Source: Selaginella moellendorffii
Taxonomy: Eukaryota > Plantae > Lycopodiophyta
Reading direction: 5' to 3'
DNA length: 64,000 nt
Assembly: GCF_000143415.4 (NCBI RefSeq)
Contig: NW_003314283.1
Coordinates: 737,955 to 801,954 of the forward strand
Shown here: in pieces, positions 25,949-38,135 of the stretch
Layout: each line of letters opens with the position of its first letter
How positions within the stretch are numbered: position 1 is the first letter of the stretch
Position numbers and translations under genes: made by a program
Notes under the pieces: model-generated
What the model saw: the letters and a program-made list of their open reading frames with translations, nothing else
The model's database searches: none
What the model was told of the DNA's origin: nothing

Positions 25949-26553
25949 CCTCTATCATGGTTTCCAGTCTCCACACATGGTTTTAAATGAAATTGCTATT
26001 TCTTGACAGTTTTGGTACATATGGTTCTTAAATTTTTATGCTGTCAATGTTGGAGGTAAAGCGTCCTGCGCGTTCGCGTGAAAGCTTTTCGCAAGACTTG
26101 ACTTCGCAGTCAGAAATGGAGGCGCCCGCTTTTGGTTGACTTAGCCCACTAATCATGCTTATGCACCTTTAATTGGCCGGATCGAACCCCGGACCGGGGC
26201 GTTTTAGGCCAAAAAGCTGGGCATTATAAGGAATAATAAGAAGAATCCCTTGTTTTGCTGGAAGCTCCCCTGCTTTGGACTTTTGAAGCTCCTGGCTATG
26301 GAGCTCACAGGCGCGGGTAAGGATTCTTCCCATTGTCTCCTTCCCTCCAGGTTCTTGTTTTCACCCCTCTTGTCCTGGAATTGATCCAGATTCTTTACTG
26401 TATGATCAGTCTCCTCATTGAATCTCTGGCAGTGTCTCTCATCTCCCTTCAAACTCTCAATCCTTGATAGGCAATTCTTGCAGAGGCATAGCTCTGATCA
26501 CAAGGAGGAGAAGAACAATCTAGGAAGAATAAAGGAGGAAAATCATCAAGATC

Positions 26554-28392
26554 ATGGCAACAGTTCCAGCAACTCCAGCCTATGCTCTGGCAGCCACAGT
26601 CCCAGAGTGGCTCAACAAGGGAGACAATGCCTGGCAGCTGACAGCAGCCACACTGGTGGGGATGCAGAGCGTTCCAGGCCTGGTGATCCTCTATGGCTCC
26701 ATTGTCAAGAAGAAGTGGGCAGTGAATTCAGCCTTCATGGCACTCTATGCCTTTGCTGCAGTGCTCATCTGCTGGGTGGGCTGGGCTTACAGGATGGCAT
26801 TTGGTCACAAGCTCCTCCCATTCTGGGGCAAGGCAGATGTGGCCCTTGGCCAGAAGTACCTCATGCAGCAGGCATCCATCCCTTCCTCTGGTCACTACTA
26901 CAAGAATGGGACCGTGGAGACTGCAGAGATCACTCCATTCTACCCAATGGCCACCATGGTCTACTTCCAGTTTGTGTTTGCTGCAATCACTGTCATCCTC
27001 ATTGCTGGGTCTCTGCTGGGGAGGATGAATTTCAGGGCCTGGATGATATTTGTTCCACTATGGCTCACTTTCTCTTACACTGTGGGGGCCTATAGCTTGT
27101 GGGGTGGAGGATTCTTGTTCCACTGGGGGGTGATTGACTACTCTGGGGGCTATGTCATCCATGTTTCAGCTGGCACTGCTGGTTTTGTTGCTGCCTATTG
27201 GGTAAGAACTCCCCCATTCCAAAGAAAACAGAGTCCTTTTTTTATTTGATTTGATGATCTCCTTGTGATTCTCCTTTGGTTTTGGTGTGTTGTGCTTGAT
27301 ATTCTTTTAGATTTGATGAGCTGGATGTATCATTTCATCTTGCCTGCTCACCTTGATTCAATTATCTATTGCCACTCATGAAAGCCTTGTGAATTGCGTG
27401 ATATTTGGATCACTCTCTTCCTTTGCTGGTGGCCATCTTTCCATTTCCACTTTCACACCATTGTGGTGACAATTGCTCTGAAAGAAAGCTCTAAAAAATA
27501 TCTTTTTCTGCTGTGATCCACAGGTTGGGCCAAGGCTGACCAAGGACAGGGAGAGATTCCCACCGAACAACATTCTCCTCACACTCACCGGAGCTGGGAT
27601 GCTATGGCTGGGCTGGAATGGATTCAATGGCGGCGACCCCTACGCTGCAAACATCGACGCCTCCATCGCCGTGCTCAACACCAACATCTGCGCCGCAACC
27701 AGCCTCATCGTCTGGACGATCCTCGACGTTACGTTCTTCAACAAGCCGTCGGTCATCGGTGCTGTCCAGGGAATGATCACTGGCCTCGTCTGCATCACTC
27801 CAGGAGCTGGTCAGTATAGAAACTCTCCCAAAACCAAAACTCTACCTCTCACTGATCTTCTTCTTTTTCCTCAGGTGTTGTCCAGTCCTGGGCTGCTATC
27901 GTGATGGGCATTTGCTCCGGTTCCATCCCCTGGTTCACCATGATGGTCGTTCACAGACGATCCACACTACTCCAAAAGGTGGATGATACTCTTGGCGTCT
28001 TCCACACGCACACCGTGGCCGGAGTTCTCGGAGGAGGCCTCACGGGGCTGCTAGCCGAGCCGGTTCTAACTTCATACTTCGTGCCCGTGACTGGTTCTCG
28101 GGGTGGCTTCTACGGAGGTGTCGGAGGTGGCCAGTTTGGACGGCAGATCGCAGGAGCGCTGTTTATCATCGGCTGGAATATCGTGGCCACCACCATCATT
28201 CTGCTCGCCATTCGGCTCTTTGTGCCACTCCGGATGCCGGACGACGAGCTGCAAGTTGGCGATGATGCTGTGCACGGAGAGGAGGCGTATGCGCTGTGGG
28301 GCGACGGTGAAAAGTATGAGGCGTCGAGGCACGGCAACGATGATATTCATCACGATGGTGGAAACGGCCGGAAGGTCACTGTGCAAGTTTAG
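26554..28392 (+). CDS. AMT2: Ammonium transporter, AMT2 (MEP-related) family; exons 26554-27201, 27524-27809, 27875-28392
   Basis: [66 protein letters not shown]; canonical splice sites restore the frame. Confidence 0.97.
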
Positions 28393-28580
28393 GCTCAATG
28401 GAGAAGAGAAAAGTCAGAACCAAACAGGAACGCATACAACAGGTGAAATTTTATCTAGATTCTTTTGACAGGAAAAGGAAACAAAAGAAAAAGGCTTACC
28501 GTACCTGAACCTGAGCGTCGCAGATTGCCTTGATTTCATACAATCAACTTTAGTTGTTTCCGAGAATGAAAAAAACTCTT

Positions 28581-29787
28581 TCACTCAAAATCTGTGTCGG
28601 ATAAGCCAGGGATGTATTCTAAGCTCACGTCGAAAACCACCGGTGTGTTCGGAAGAACTCTCGGCCTACCAGCAGCAGCATTCAGCCCCCGCGGGAATGC
28701 CAGCTGTGAGAAAATAAAGTGTTCCATTCGTCAGCATTTCATGTGAAAGCTCATGACAAAAAAGAAGTCGAGGTCATTGACTTACAGAGCCGGGAATGTA
28801 GAGCCTACGTTTGCCACCAACTTTCATGGTCGAAATTCCTTCATCCAGCCCCTTCACCACCTACGAAAAGCGTTGCTTTCATCAGATCCGCAAAGAAGGT
28901 TCTAAGGGAAAGAACTCGAGAGCTTACTGATCCGGCTCCAACACGGAAAATGTAAGGCGCTCCTTTTTCCAGCGAGCTGCGAAATACCAAATCAATCAAT
29001 CATGCTGGAGAAAACAAGCTTGTACCTGTCAAAGACTTGCCCGGAAGGAATCATGGCGACGTAGTTTGCTGCGACCTGGCACACAAACAAGACTGGAAGA
29101 AACTCAGTACACGCACGAGGAAAAAATCCAACACAGACGAAATAAACCAGAAGGAAATCCGAAAACAAAGAAGAAGAACAAAACCACAGAGGCCACAGAC
29201 CAAATAGATCAGAAAAAAGAAAAAAGAAGAAACGAGGAGAAAGAAAGAAGACCTGGAATCCAATCGGTGGTGATGGGCCATTTCCGAGGACGATGTCCTT
29301 GTACTGTAGTCCGGATGGAGTAGTCACCATTGGAGCCTTCAAGAAAAATCCAATCAATCAATTCTAGAGAGGTGACAGACAGCAAGAGAAAGAAAAAGAA
29401 GAAGAAATGTTACCACACATTTTCGAGCTCCGATTCGCAAGCGTTGTCACAGAGTTGCTTGGGAGCTTCCGTGGGAATGCTCTCGGCTCTGGCAAATCCA
29501 GCGAGCGAAAGAAGAGAAAATGCCGATGATCCGAGAGAAAATTCCCTCCGGCTAGCGCTGGCGCTGCTACATTTCACAGCGCGATGCCGGAGAGGCGCCG
29601 AGAAGCTGGAGAAAGATCGAGAAATCGATGGGGAATGAGAGAAATCCGAGAATGCCCTACCTGGAAGAGCAAGAAGAAGAATCGCAAGACGCTCTAGCCA
29701 CGAGACCTGGAATGGATGTGGATTACGATCGAGATTGGCGCGGCGCTACTACTTACAGGGATGGGGCATGCAAGGAGACGACGCCAT
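28581..29787 (-). CDS. FKBP16-3: Chloroplast FKBP-type peptidyl-prolyl isomerase (FKBP16-3-like), multi-exon
   Basis: MVTTPSGLQYKDIVLGNGPSPPIGFQ|VAANYVAMIPSGQVFD|SSLEKGAPYIFRVG..GLDEGISTMKVGGKRRLYIPG..LAFPRGL..PVVFDVSLEYIPGL; start codon approximate. Confidence 0.88.
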
Positions 29788-30045
29788 CGCCGAGAAGCTC
29801 CTCCCAGGGAAATGGATAATGCCCAAAAGGTGAGAGAATATGCCCCTTTCATGTTATGGCGGGGTTAGGGTTTAAGGAAAGAGGGTTTTTCTCGTCTCTT
29901 CGAGCGAATGTAGGTTTGCGCCGATCGATCCGGCTGGAGAGCAGTGATTCATGTAAGTAGTAGCCTTTTTCCTGGCGCATCGATCGAGCGTTTGTTTTTC
30001 TAGGCGAGATATTAGCGCATTGATAGAGAGGAGAAGGAGATTTCG

Positions 30046-31681
30046 ATGGCTTCCATCCTCCGGAATGAGCTGCTTGTGCTACAGACCGAGAACAAGCTCG
30101 AGAAAATGACGGTGATTCAGCTCAGGAGCCTCATGAAGTGAGCGAATAATTTTTTTTCTTCTTTTCCTTCACATCGTTTGTGTTGTTCTTCTTTATCGTG
30201 CGTAGGAAGATGAAGGCTTCTACTAAAGGCACCAAGCAAGAGCTTCTAGGAAAGATCACAGAGTTTTTAGAGCTTGAGACTTCTGGTAAGAAGTTTCACT
30301 TTTTTGACATCTCAATCGACTTTTCTCAACTCTAGCAGGAGAAACTTCTGAAGTTAGAGCTCTCAAACGGGTCCAAACAACGGAGACTACAGTCGAGAAA
30401 TCCTCCAAGAAAGTTTCCAGACGAAAGACAACGACGACTACCGCTCTCGAAGTAAGCAGCGAGAAATCTGCCAGCCCGTGGGCTCTACTCCGGCACAAAA
30501 AGCCCAAGCCCGACTGGATTGCTTATGATCCGTCCACAATGAGGCCTTCGTCCCTGCCAAGCGAGAAGAACTTGGTGAAAGTTATCTCCTGGAACGTCAA
30601 TGGCTTGCGGGCTTGCATGAAGCGCAAAAACGAGCTGGAAGAAGAAGGCTCGGCACTGGCTCGTCTCGCAGACTCGGAAGATTTCGACGTCCTTTGTCTC
30701 CAGGAAACAAAGCTCCAGGTCTGGCTTTTTGGTTTCAAGGTTTCTTAAGTAAAGCTCTTTGCAGGAAAAAGATGTGGAGGCGATCAAACAAAAGATCTTG
30801 GGTGGCTATTCCAATAGTTTCTGGACTTGCAGCACTTCAAAGCTTGGCTACTCTGGTTGCGCTCTCATATCACGGGTATTTACTTTTTCTTCCTTCCACT
30901 GAGTTTGTGATCCATCATCGCAGATCAAGCCTTTGTCTGTGACGTATGGATTGGGAATTTCTCAGCATGATGGCGAGGGCCGCGTCGTCACAGCCGAGTT
31001 TGATACATTCTTCCTAGTTTCTGTCTACGTCCCAAACTCCGGACAACGTTTAGAGAGACTGGTACGTTTTCTTTCATTTTTCTTTTGGACTTTCCATATT
31101 TTCTTCGCATCAGACTTACAGAACAACGGAGTGGGATCCTGCATTCAGCACATATTTGCTGGTAAAGCTTTCTAGCCTCTAATAATCTGATACAGTAATC
31201 TTTTCTCAGGAGCTCGAGAAGAGAAAGCCCGTGATTGTCACGGGTGACTTAAACTGCGCACACGAAGAGATTGACATCTACGATCCAGACGTAAATCGCT
31301 TGCTTTAAGTCCTATCAATGCAACGCTGGCTTTTGGATCGTAGGGAAACAAAAGGAGCGCTGGATTCACGAGCGAAGAGCGGACCTCCTTCCAAACGAAT
31401 TTCATAGACAAAGGACTCGTGGATACGTTTCGAAAGCAGCATCCACTGGCTGTTGGTTTTACATACTGGAGCTATCGCAGCAATGCTAGACCACAGAACA
31501 AAGGTATGGCTTTTACTTTACAAACTTACAAAACAATTGTTTTCCTATGATAGGATGGAGGTTGGACTACTTCCTCGTTTCTCAAGGACTGGTTTGCAGT
31601 GTCGCGGATTCGTATGTTCTTCCTCAGCTTGATGGCAGCGACCACTGCCCCATTGGACTTATCATTCAGACCGAGCAGTGA
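30046..31681 (+). CDS. ARP: AP endonuclease (ExoIII/APE1 family, ARP-like with a SAP domain), multi-exon
   Basis: [13 protein letters not shown] (SAP-like), [66 protein letters not shown]; an upstream transit-peptide exon from ~29856 is possible. Confidence 0.93.
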
Positions 31682-31783
31682 AACTTACTTCGCAGGTAAA
31701 ATCACGTTCGATGTTTACAAGTTGGAAAATGAATAGGTACCTTGTTTTCTACGATGATCCACTGGGTGTCCGATTTGAAGCGT

Positions 31784-34238
31784 CTATTTAAACGAAGCCT
31801 CAATCTGCTCTAGAGTGCGACCTCGAGTCTCCGGAACAAAGAGAGCGACGAAGATAACTGTGGCGAGGCAAATCGATGCGTATAGCCAAAAGCAACCTGC
31901 GTGAGAAAGTTTTACATGAGCTCTGGACACAGCGCTATGAAACAACGCGTACCATAAGATGTCCAGTTGAGCAGGAAGTTGAAGGTTAGTGTCACGGCCC
32001 AGGCGCAAGACCAATTCACTAGCGTAGCAAGGCTTCCGGCCAGGCCTTTGACACGAGAAGGAAAGATCTGCAAAACCAGCATTTAGACTTACAGCAAAAG
32101 AGAGCTTGGAAACTTCTTACCTCCGACATTATAACCCAGGGAATGGCACCGAGACCGAATGAAAATGATACCACATAAAACTGGAAGCAAGTTAGAACGC
32201 TTTCTTTCTCAAAATGCTCGTTCTTTTCTTACCAGAAGGCTACAAAGTGCTAGAACGTTGATGAATGTGTCCATTTCAGGAGATGGATTCTTTATGTTCT
32301 GTTGGAAAAAGAAGCAAAGAAAATGTTACACGAACATTCACAAGCCATTGGATCTTTTTAAGCTTACGCGTAGAAAGAATGAGAATCCCACGAGAAAAGC
32401 GCTGAGAGCCATGCCTCCCGATGATAACTATACATGATTTAGACGCTGTTAGTAGGGAGGAGAAATCATTTTGAGCTCATACCAACAATAACAAACGCCT
32501 TCCAGCCTTTTCCATCAATCCTGCTGAGGTGAGCGTCACGGCTACCTGTTATAAAAAGACATTAATACGTGCAATAAGAACAATACAAAAGAATTACTTG
32601 TAGCATGGCTAGAAGCAAGGAAGCTGCGTTTGGTGACTTAAATCCTGCAAGCAAAATAATTTTGAGTTTTGAGCACAGAAACTTGTATGAGCTTACCGAC
32701 TGTGCTGAAAATTTCACCAGCATAAAGCATGATTCCGTTGATTCCACTAAATTGCTGCAAGGCCATTACGCCTATTCCTGCCTATACGAATACCATATTC
32801 ATGTTGAGACAAAACGGAAAAAGGAAGAAATAGCTTACAAGTAGGGGCCGGAAGAGTCGCCATTGAAATAGCTCTGTAACTAGCACGCTGGGCTGCAATC
32901 TGGATACCTCCGCAGCGTTCTGACGCACTTGATGTTATTGTAACTACAGAGCAGAAACTCACCGTTACCATTACCTGAATCTCAGAAAGCTCCGAGCTTA
33001 TGTTATAATCTTTTCCTCGTAGTCTCTGAAGAGCTGTAGCGAGATCTTTGTTACGATCGGCATTTCCCTGGAAAGCAATATTTTGAGGAGAAATTTGAAA
33101 TCTTTCCCCATACCAGCCAGCGAGGTGTTTCAATGATAAAACAAAGCCCGATCAAAAGTAGCGCTCCGGGAATAGTAGCTGTGACACACTCGCAAAAAGT
33201 TAGGTGGCTTTCAAAAAACGTGAGAAATGTTACCAATTAGAGCAAGCATTCTCCACTGAAAAAACAATCCCCCCATATATGCCATCATGATACCAACAGT
33301 TACTGCCAGCTGCAAGGACCGAACTTAAGAAAACAGGAGACAAAACAAAACCACCGAACCTGATGCATGGCACCCAAAGTTCCTCGCATATGTTTGGGAG
33401 AAACTTCTGCAATATAAGTTGGAACCTGCACAAGAACTTTTACTCGGTATGTAGCTGGAACAAAATGAGACTTACAGTAAAGGAGACAATCCCGCCACCA
33501 AGTCCTTTCAAAAACCTCCCAATGTAAAGAAATTGCAAATCCTGGAAATAAGGAAATTAAGCTTTTCTTCTTTCGTTCGTTATTGATTACTTTTGCCATG
33601 GCGACCATAATCCATCCTACAAGATTGGGAATAGCTGCTGCTACTAACGCCTGCAAGCCGTGATAAGAAATCAGCTAAGCAACGCACGAACTTGAATAGA
33701 AAACATACTCCTTTACGGCCGAGACTATCTGCTATCCTTCCACTTGAAACAGCACCGACCATGCATCCCAAGTTCACGAGAGAACCAAAGAAAGAATACT
33801 GAGAAAAAAAAATGGAGGTCACCATAATCTGTCAAATGAGTGATAGATGTTCTGCACCTGAGATAAGCTTAAATGGAGATCGTGAATTATATCAGCTTGC
33901 GTCGGTGAAGTATACCCGAGCTACATAAATCGTCAGTAAGATGTGAAAAGCTGACAACAAGGAAAGAAACTTACAGCAATTCCAAGAGACAAAGTTCCAA
34001 GAACAACGACGAGCGTGAACAGTGTTGGGATAACCGAGCTGGGTGGCTTGATGAAAGCCCTCGATTTAGCTCGCAGTAGAGGCTTTTGGAGGTCACCCTT
34101 CAAGCCAGACGAGTTGAGCCTTGAAAGCGCTCCTGTCTGGATGCTCCTTTCGGAATGCAAAGCCCCATGAGAGAACTGCCTTTGAATCGTCCCACTGCCT
34201 TTCTCATCCGCAAGCATTGGGCCGTCGGACGAACCCAT
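31784..34238 (-). CDS. MFS sugar transporter, ERD6-like, many exons
   Basis: [97 protein letters not shown]. Confidence 0.95.
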
Positions 34239-34540
34239 TCCAATCTCGCCAAAAGCTTCGAAACGAACAAGAGTTGTGAGAAACCAGCACAATGCAAGGT
34301 TGAAGGTTACCTCGTCTCTCTTGAAAAGGAGATCCATATAGATTGGAATCGCGTCAGTAGAGACAAGGCGGAGAACACGCTGCCGTCATCGAGGCGCCGC
34401 GTGTGTCTAGACGTGGCACGGACATGCCTTGGTTGACTATACAATGGCCAGGATTGAGTCAAAGCCTCGTCAACGGTGTGTTTAGTCCACTGGTTGACTA
34501 GCTTGAAGAAAAAAACCACCAGAGGGATCAAAAGCTAGAG

Positions 34541-35818
34541 TTACGTATGAAACGCAGTGACAAACCGAGACATCTCAGCGAAATCTTTCACAACTTTGAT
34601 GTCTTCGAAAGGCTTGTCGGACAGGATCTTTGCGACGGTTTGCGCTTGCTCGCCACCATCGGTCTGCAAGATCAAACAGAGATTCAGCAGGAAAAAGGAG
34701 GGAAAAACACAAGGAAGAGACCTCGAGCGCTAGAAAACCACCGGACTTGAGAGCCCAGCAAGCTCCTTGGCAGATTTCCGCAAGGTGGTCAATTCCATCG
34801 TCGCCACCATCCAGAGCGCACATTGGCTCGTGCTTTCCAACCTCGGCTTGCAATCTCCCGAGGTTCCTGGACGGAATGTATGGCGGGTTGCTCACGATCC
34901 CGGAGAGCTTTCCAGCTTCGTCGCGCAAAGGCGTCAACCAGGAGCCCTTGACAAGAGTCACAGCGTCCTGCCAGGCACGAAAGAAATCCGTGAGAACAAA
35001 GAAAAAACGTTAAGAACAAGCTCTAGACTCAAGCACGAAGAACACAAATAAAAGGACTAAAGAAGAAAGAGAACGTTCTCTGGACTGGAAGAATCTCTTA
35101 CCTGGAGCTTGTAGCGTCGAGCATTGGCCTCGGCCACCGCGATCGCGACCTCACTGGCATCCACAGCGATCACCGATCCCCTCCCATCGAGAAGCCGAGC
35201 CATTCCAATCGCGATCGCGCCGCTGCCAGTCCCAAGATCAACCCAAACCCCTCGCGCGAGCTCGGAATTTCCATCCATGGCGGCCGCCGCGAGGTCGATC
35301 AGCTGCTCGGTCTCTGGCCTTGGGATCAGCACTCCCTCCTGGACGCCAAGCACCAGATCCCGCCAATGCGAGCTCCCTGTCACGTACTGGAATGGCCGCC
35401 GGCGATCGATCCTCTCCTTCCATCCCTGTTCTAGCTCCTCCAAGCTCGCGCGAAGAAATATTTCGCCATGGCCGGCTAGGGTATCGTTGCGCTCTTGATC
35501 AAGATCATCGCGGTCGCCGCGGCCGCATTCTTCCAGCTCCAGCGCGGATTTGAGGTGCCTCCATCCCTGGATCTTCCTCTTCTCCGGCCTGTGGATCACG
35601 CAACTCTCCACAGCGTCATCCAGCAGCCACTCCAGCTCCGTGAGGAGCTCACTGGAATCCGGCCCGCCATCGAGCTCCGACAATGCGGTACTGATCGACG
35701 ACGCCTTGTGCCGGGATTGCGAGCGCCAGCGCAAGAGCTTGGCGAGCGTCGTGGATTTGGAGGCCGGCCTCTCGCAGATGGGGAGCACTAGCTCCACGCT
35801 CCCGCGAAGAACAGCCAT
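34541..35818 (-). CDS. prmC: Release factor glutamine N5-methyltransferase (HemK/PrmC family), 3 exons
   Basis: RRPFQYVTG, GVLIPRPETEQL, VDLGTGSGAIA, VSNPPYIP, HEPMCALDGGDDG. Confidence 0.95.
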
Positions 35819-35904
35819 TTAGCAAATTTTAGGGTTTTGGTAGGGTTTGTGGGAAGCGAGCGTAGATGCATCGCTCGATTCTCTAGGCGCGCCAGTGGAT
35901 AGCA
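35819..35904. promoter_or_regulatory. 86-bp divergent intergenic region (HemK / RBL) with telo-box-like motifs
   Basis: ATGs at 35818(-) and 35905(+); ttagggtttt and tagggttt (reverse complement AAACCCTA) at ~35829-35849. Confidence 0.6.
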
Positions 35905-37937
35905 ATGAATCTTTCGCTACTCGGTGAGTTCTTCTCTTCTGGATTTCTCCTGTGATCGGCGATTCCTTGCAGACCCCTTCCAGAACGATTTCCCAGAAGT
36001 GATCGAAGAGTTCCTGGAGCACGGGATCACGAAGAGCATTGCCTTCAATCGGCGTGGAACGCTACTGGCAGGCAAGATCTCTTGGTTCTTAGAGAAATCT
36101 TTTGCTTCTTACAGACACGCGATGGGATAGATAAAGAATTCTCAAGCTTTCGTTATTTTGTTCTTTGCAGCTGGCTGTGCCGATGGCTCCTGCGTGATCT
36201 GGGACTTCCACACGCGAGGCGTGGCCGCCGAGCTTCGTGACAAGAGCTGCTCCTCTCCAGTGACGAGCGTCAGCTGGTCCAAATGCGGCCACCACCTCGT
36301 CGCGGCAGCCATGGACAAATCACTCTCCTGCTGGGACGTTGCCAAAGGCGTCAAGATCGCTTCCACCACCCTCCATCAAACAGCTCTCCACGCTCGCTTC
36401 CATCCGGGGAGGAAGAGGCCGCTCCTCTGCCTTGCATGCCCGCTCTCCAGCGCTCCACTTCTCATCGATCTCTCGACTGGTGAGAGCTACCAGCTTCCAC
36501 TCTCGGCGTCACCCAAAACTCCGGAAGCCGCCACTGGCCAAGCTGCGAAGGGAAAGGCCGAGGCCAGCTCGTACTCTTTCTCCGGAGCGAGCTTTAACAA
36601 GAAGGGCGATCTCATCTTCGTTGGGAACTCCAAGGGGGAGGTGTTGATCGTGGATACAGATACACGGCAGGTCCGGAGGACTGTGCAAGTCCCGGGTGGT
36701 GCGACTGTCCGACAGATTGTTTTCAGCCGGAATGGACACTACGTGCTCACGAACTCGTCGGACCGTGTGATCCGGGTTTTCGAGAACTTGCTGCCGAGAG
36801 AAAATGCTGCGGCAGCGCTTGCGGAAGATCCCGAAAAGTGCGACGTCTTGAGCAGTCCCAAGGAGTTTTCGGACGGTGTTTTGAAGGCGGTGTGGAAGAC
36901 TGCCTGCTTCAGCAACGATGCCGAGTTTGTTGTTGCTGCTTCCGGCGCGAAAGGAGAGCACAAGATACAGGTGTGGAACCGGGAGTTCGGTCAGCTAGCA
37001 AGGATGCTCGAGTGTCCCAAGGAAGGCCTCATCGACATAGCTTGGCACCCGACTCGATCTATTCTGGCTTCGGTCTCCATGTCAGGCTTGATATATATCT
37101 GGGCGAAAGACTACACGGAGAACTGGAGCGCGTTTGCTCCAGACTTTCGAGAGCTGGAAGAGAACGAGGAGTACGTCGAAAGGGAGGATGAGTTCGATTT
37201 GAATGCTGAGGCTGAGAAGGTAAGCACTCTTTAGGTTTTTCTATGTGAATCTTGGTGCGACTTACATTGTATTCTTTTTCTTGCTGCAGGCTAAACCAGT
37301 GCAAGCTGACGATGATGCTGATATTGATATTACAACAACGGAGAAAGTGGCTGTTTTCAGTGACTCGGACGAGTCTCAAGATAATCTCTACTTTCTACCG
37401 ACTGTTCCTCAACCAGACAGTCCTGTTCCAGAAGAACCATCGCAAGCTCCAGCCAGCCCACCCAAGGTCCAGGCCAGCCATCCTTCCGAGTCGAACGATT
37501 CTCCAGAGTCGGAGGAGCAAAACCAGATTGAGCTGACGACGATTGTTCAACAGAGCGCATCTCCACCAGGTTGGCTGCGCTAATGTATTTCTAATGCTCA
37601 CGAGGTCTGTCTAAACAGAAGAGGAGGTCGGAGCAAATGGTAGAATCAAGAGGAAAAGGAAGCTGTCCGAGAAGGCTGCCGAGTTGCAAGCCGAGATCGG
37701 CCGCAAGTCAAAAACCAAAGGTGTTAAGACCAAGTCGACTAGAAGTGTGAATGGCGGCGAAGAGGATGAGGCACAAGAGGACATACAGGAGGTAAAGAAT
37801 GCTCTACTTCGAAAGCATCTAACATGTGTTTTATTCAGGAGCCTTCCCCATCTCTGGGCTTGAAGAAGCTTAACAAGAGGCCGCAAAGGGTGAAACAGGT
37901 TTCCAGCTTAAGAGAAAACACTGGCGACCCGCCCTGA
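35905..37937 (+). CDS. RBL: RBBP5-like WD40 protein (COMPASS H3K4 methyltransferase subunit)
   Basis: MNLSLL|DPFQNDFPEVIEEFLEHG..AFNRRGTLLAAGCADG, WD repeats, ENWSAFAPDFRELEENEEYVEREDEFD signature; GC-AG intron 36072-36170; TGA at 37935. Confidence 0.95.
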
Positions 37938-38135
37938 GAAGAGCAGCATCGCTTGTATTCTACTCCGAGAGAGCTAACATTCTAATTCAGGTACTCGTTT
38001 GAAAGAATCCGAAGTTCTCATTCTCTCGTGTTCTCGTGATCTCGTGACCGAAGAAGATCGTACCAAAGTGGTAGCTCTTCTAAATCTTCGACAGGTGCCT
38101 TACAGACGAGAAAACGGACAAAGGGGAACGCATTG

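Noticed and set aside
34541-35818. Bacterial-like PrmC as HGT
   Set aside because: It contains spliceosomal introns and an N-terminal extension, as expected for a normal organelle-targeted plant gene
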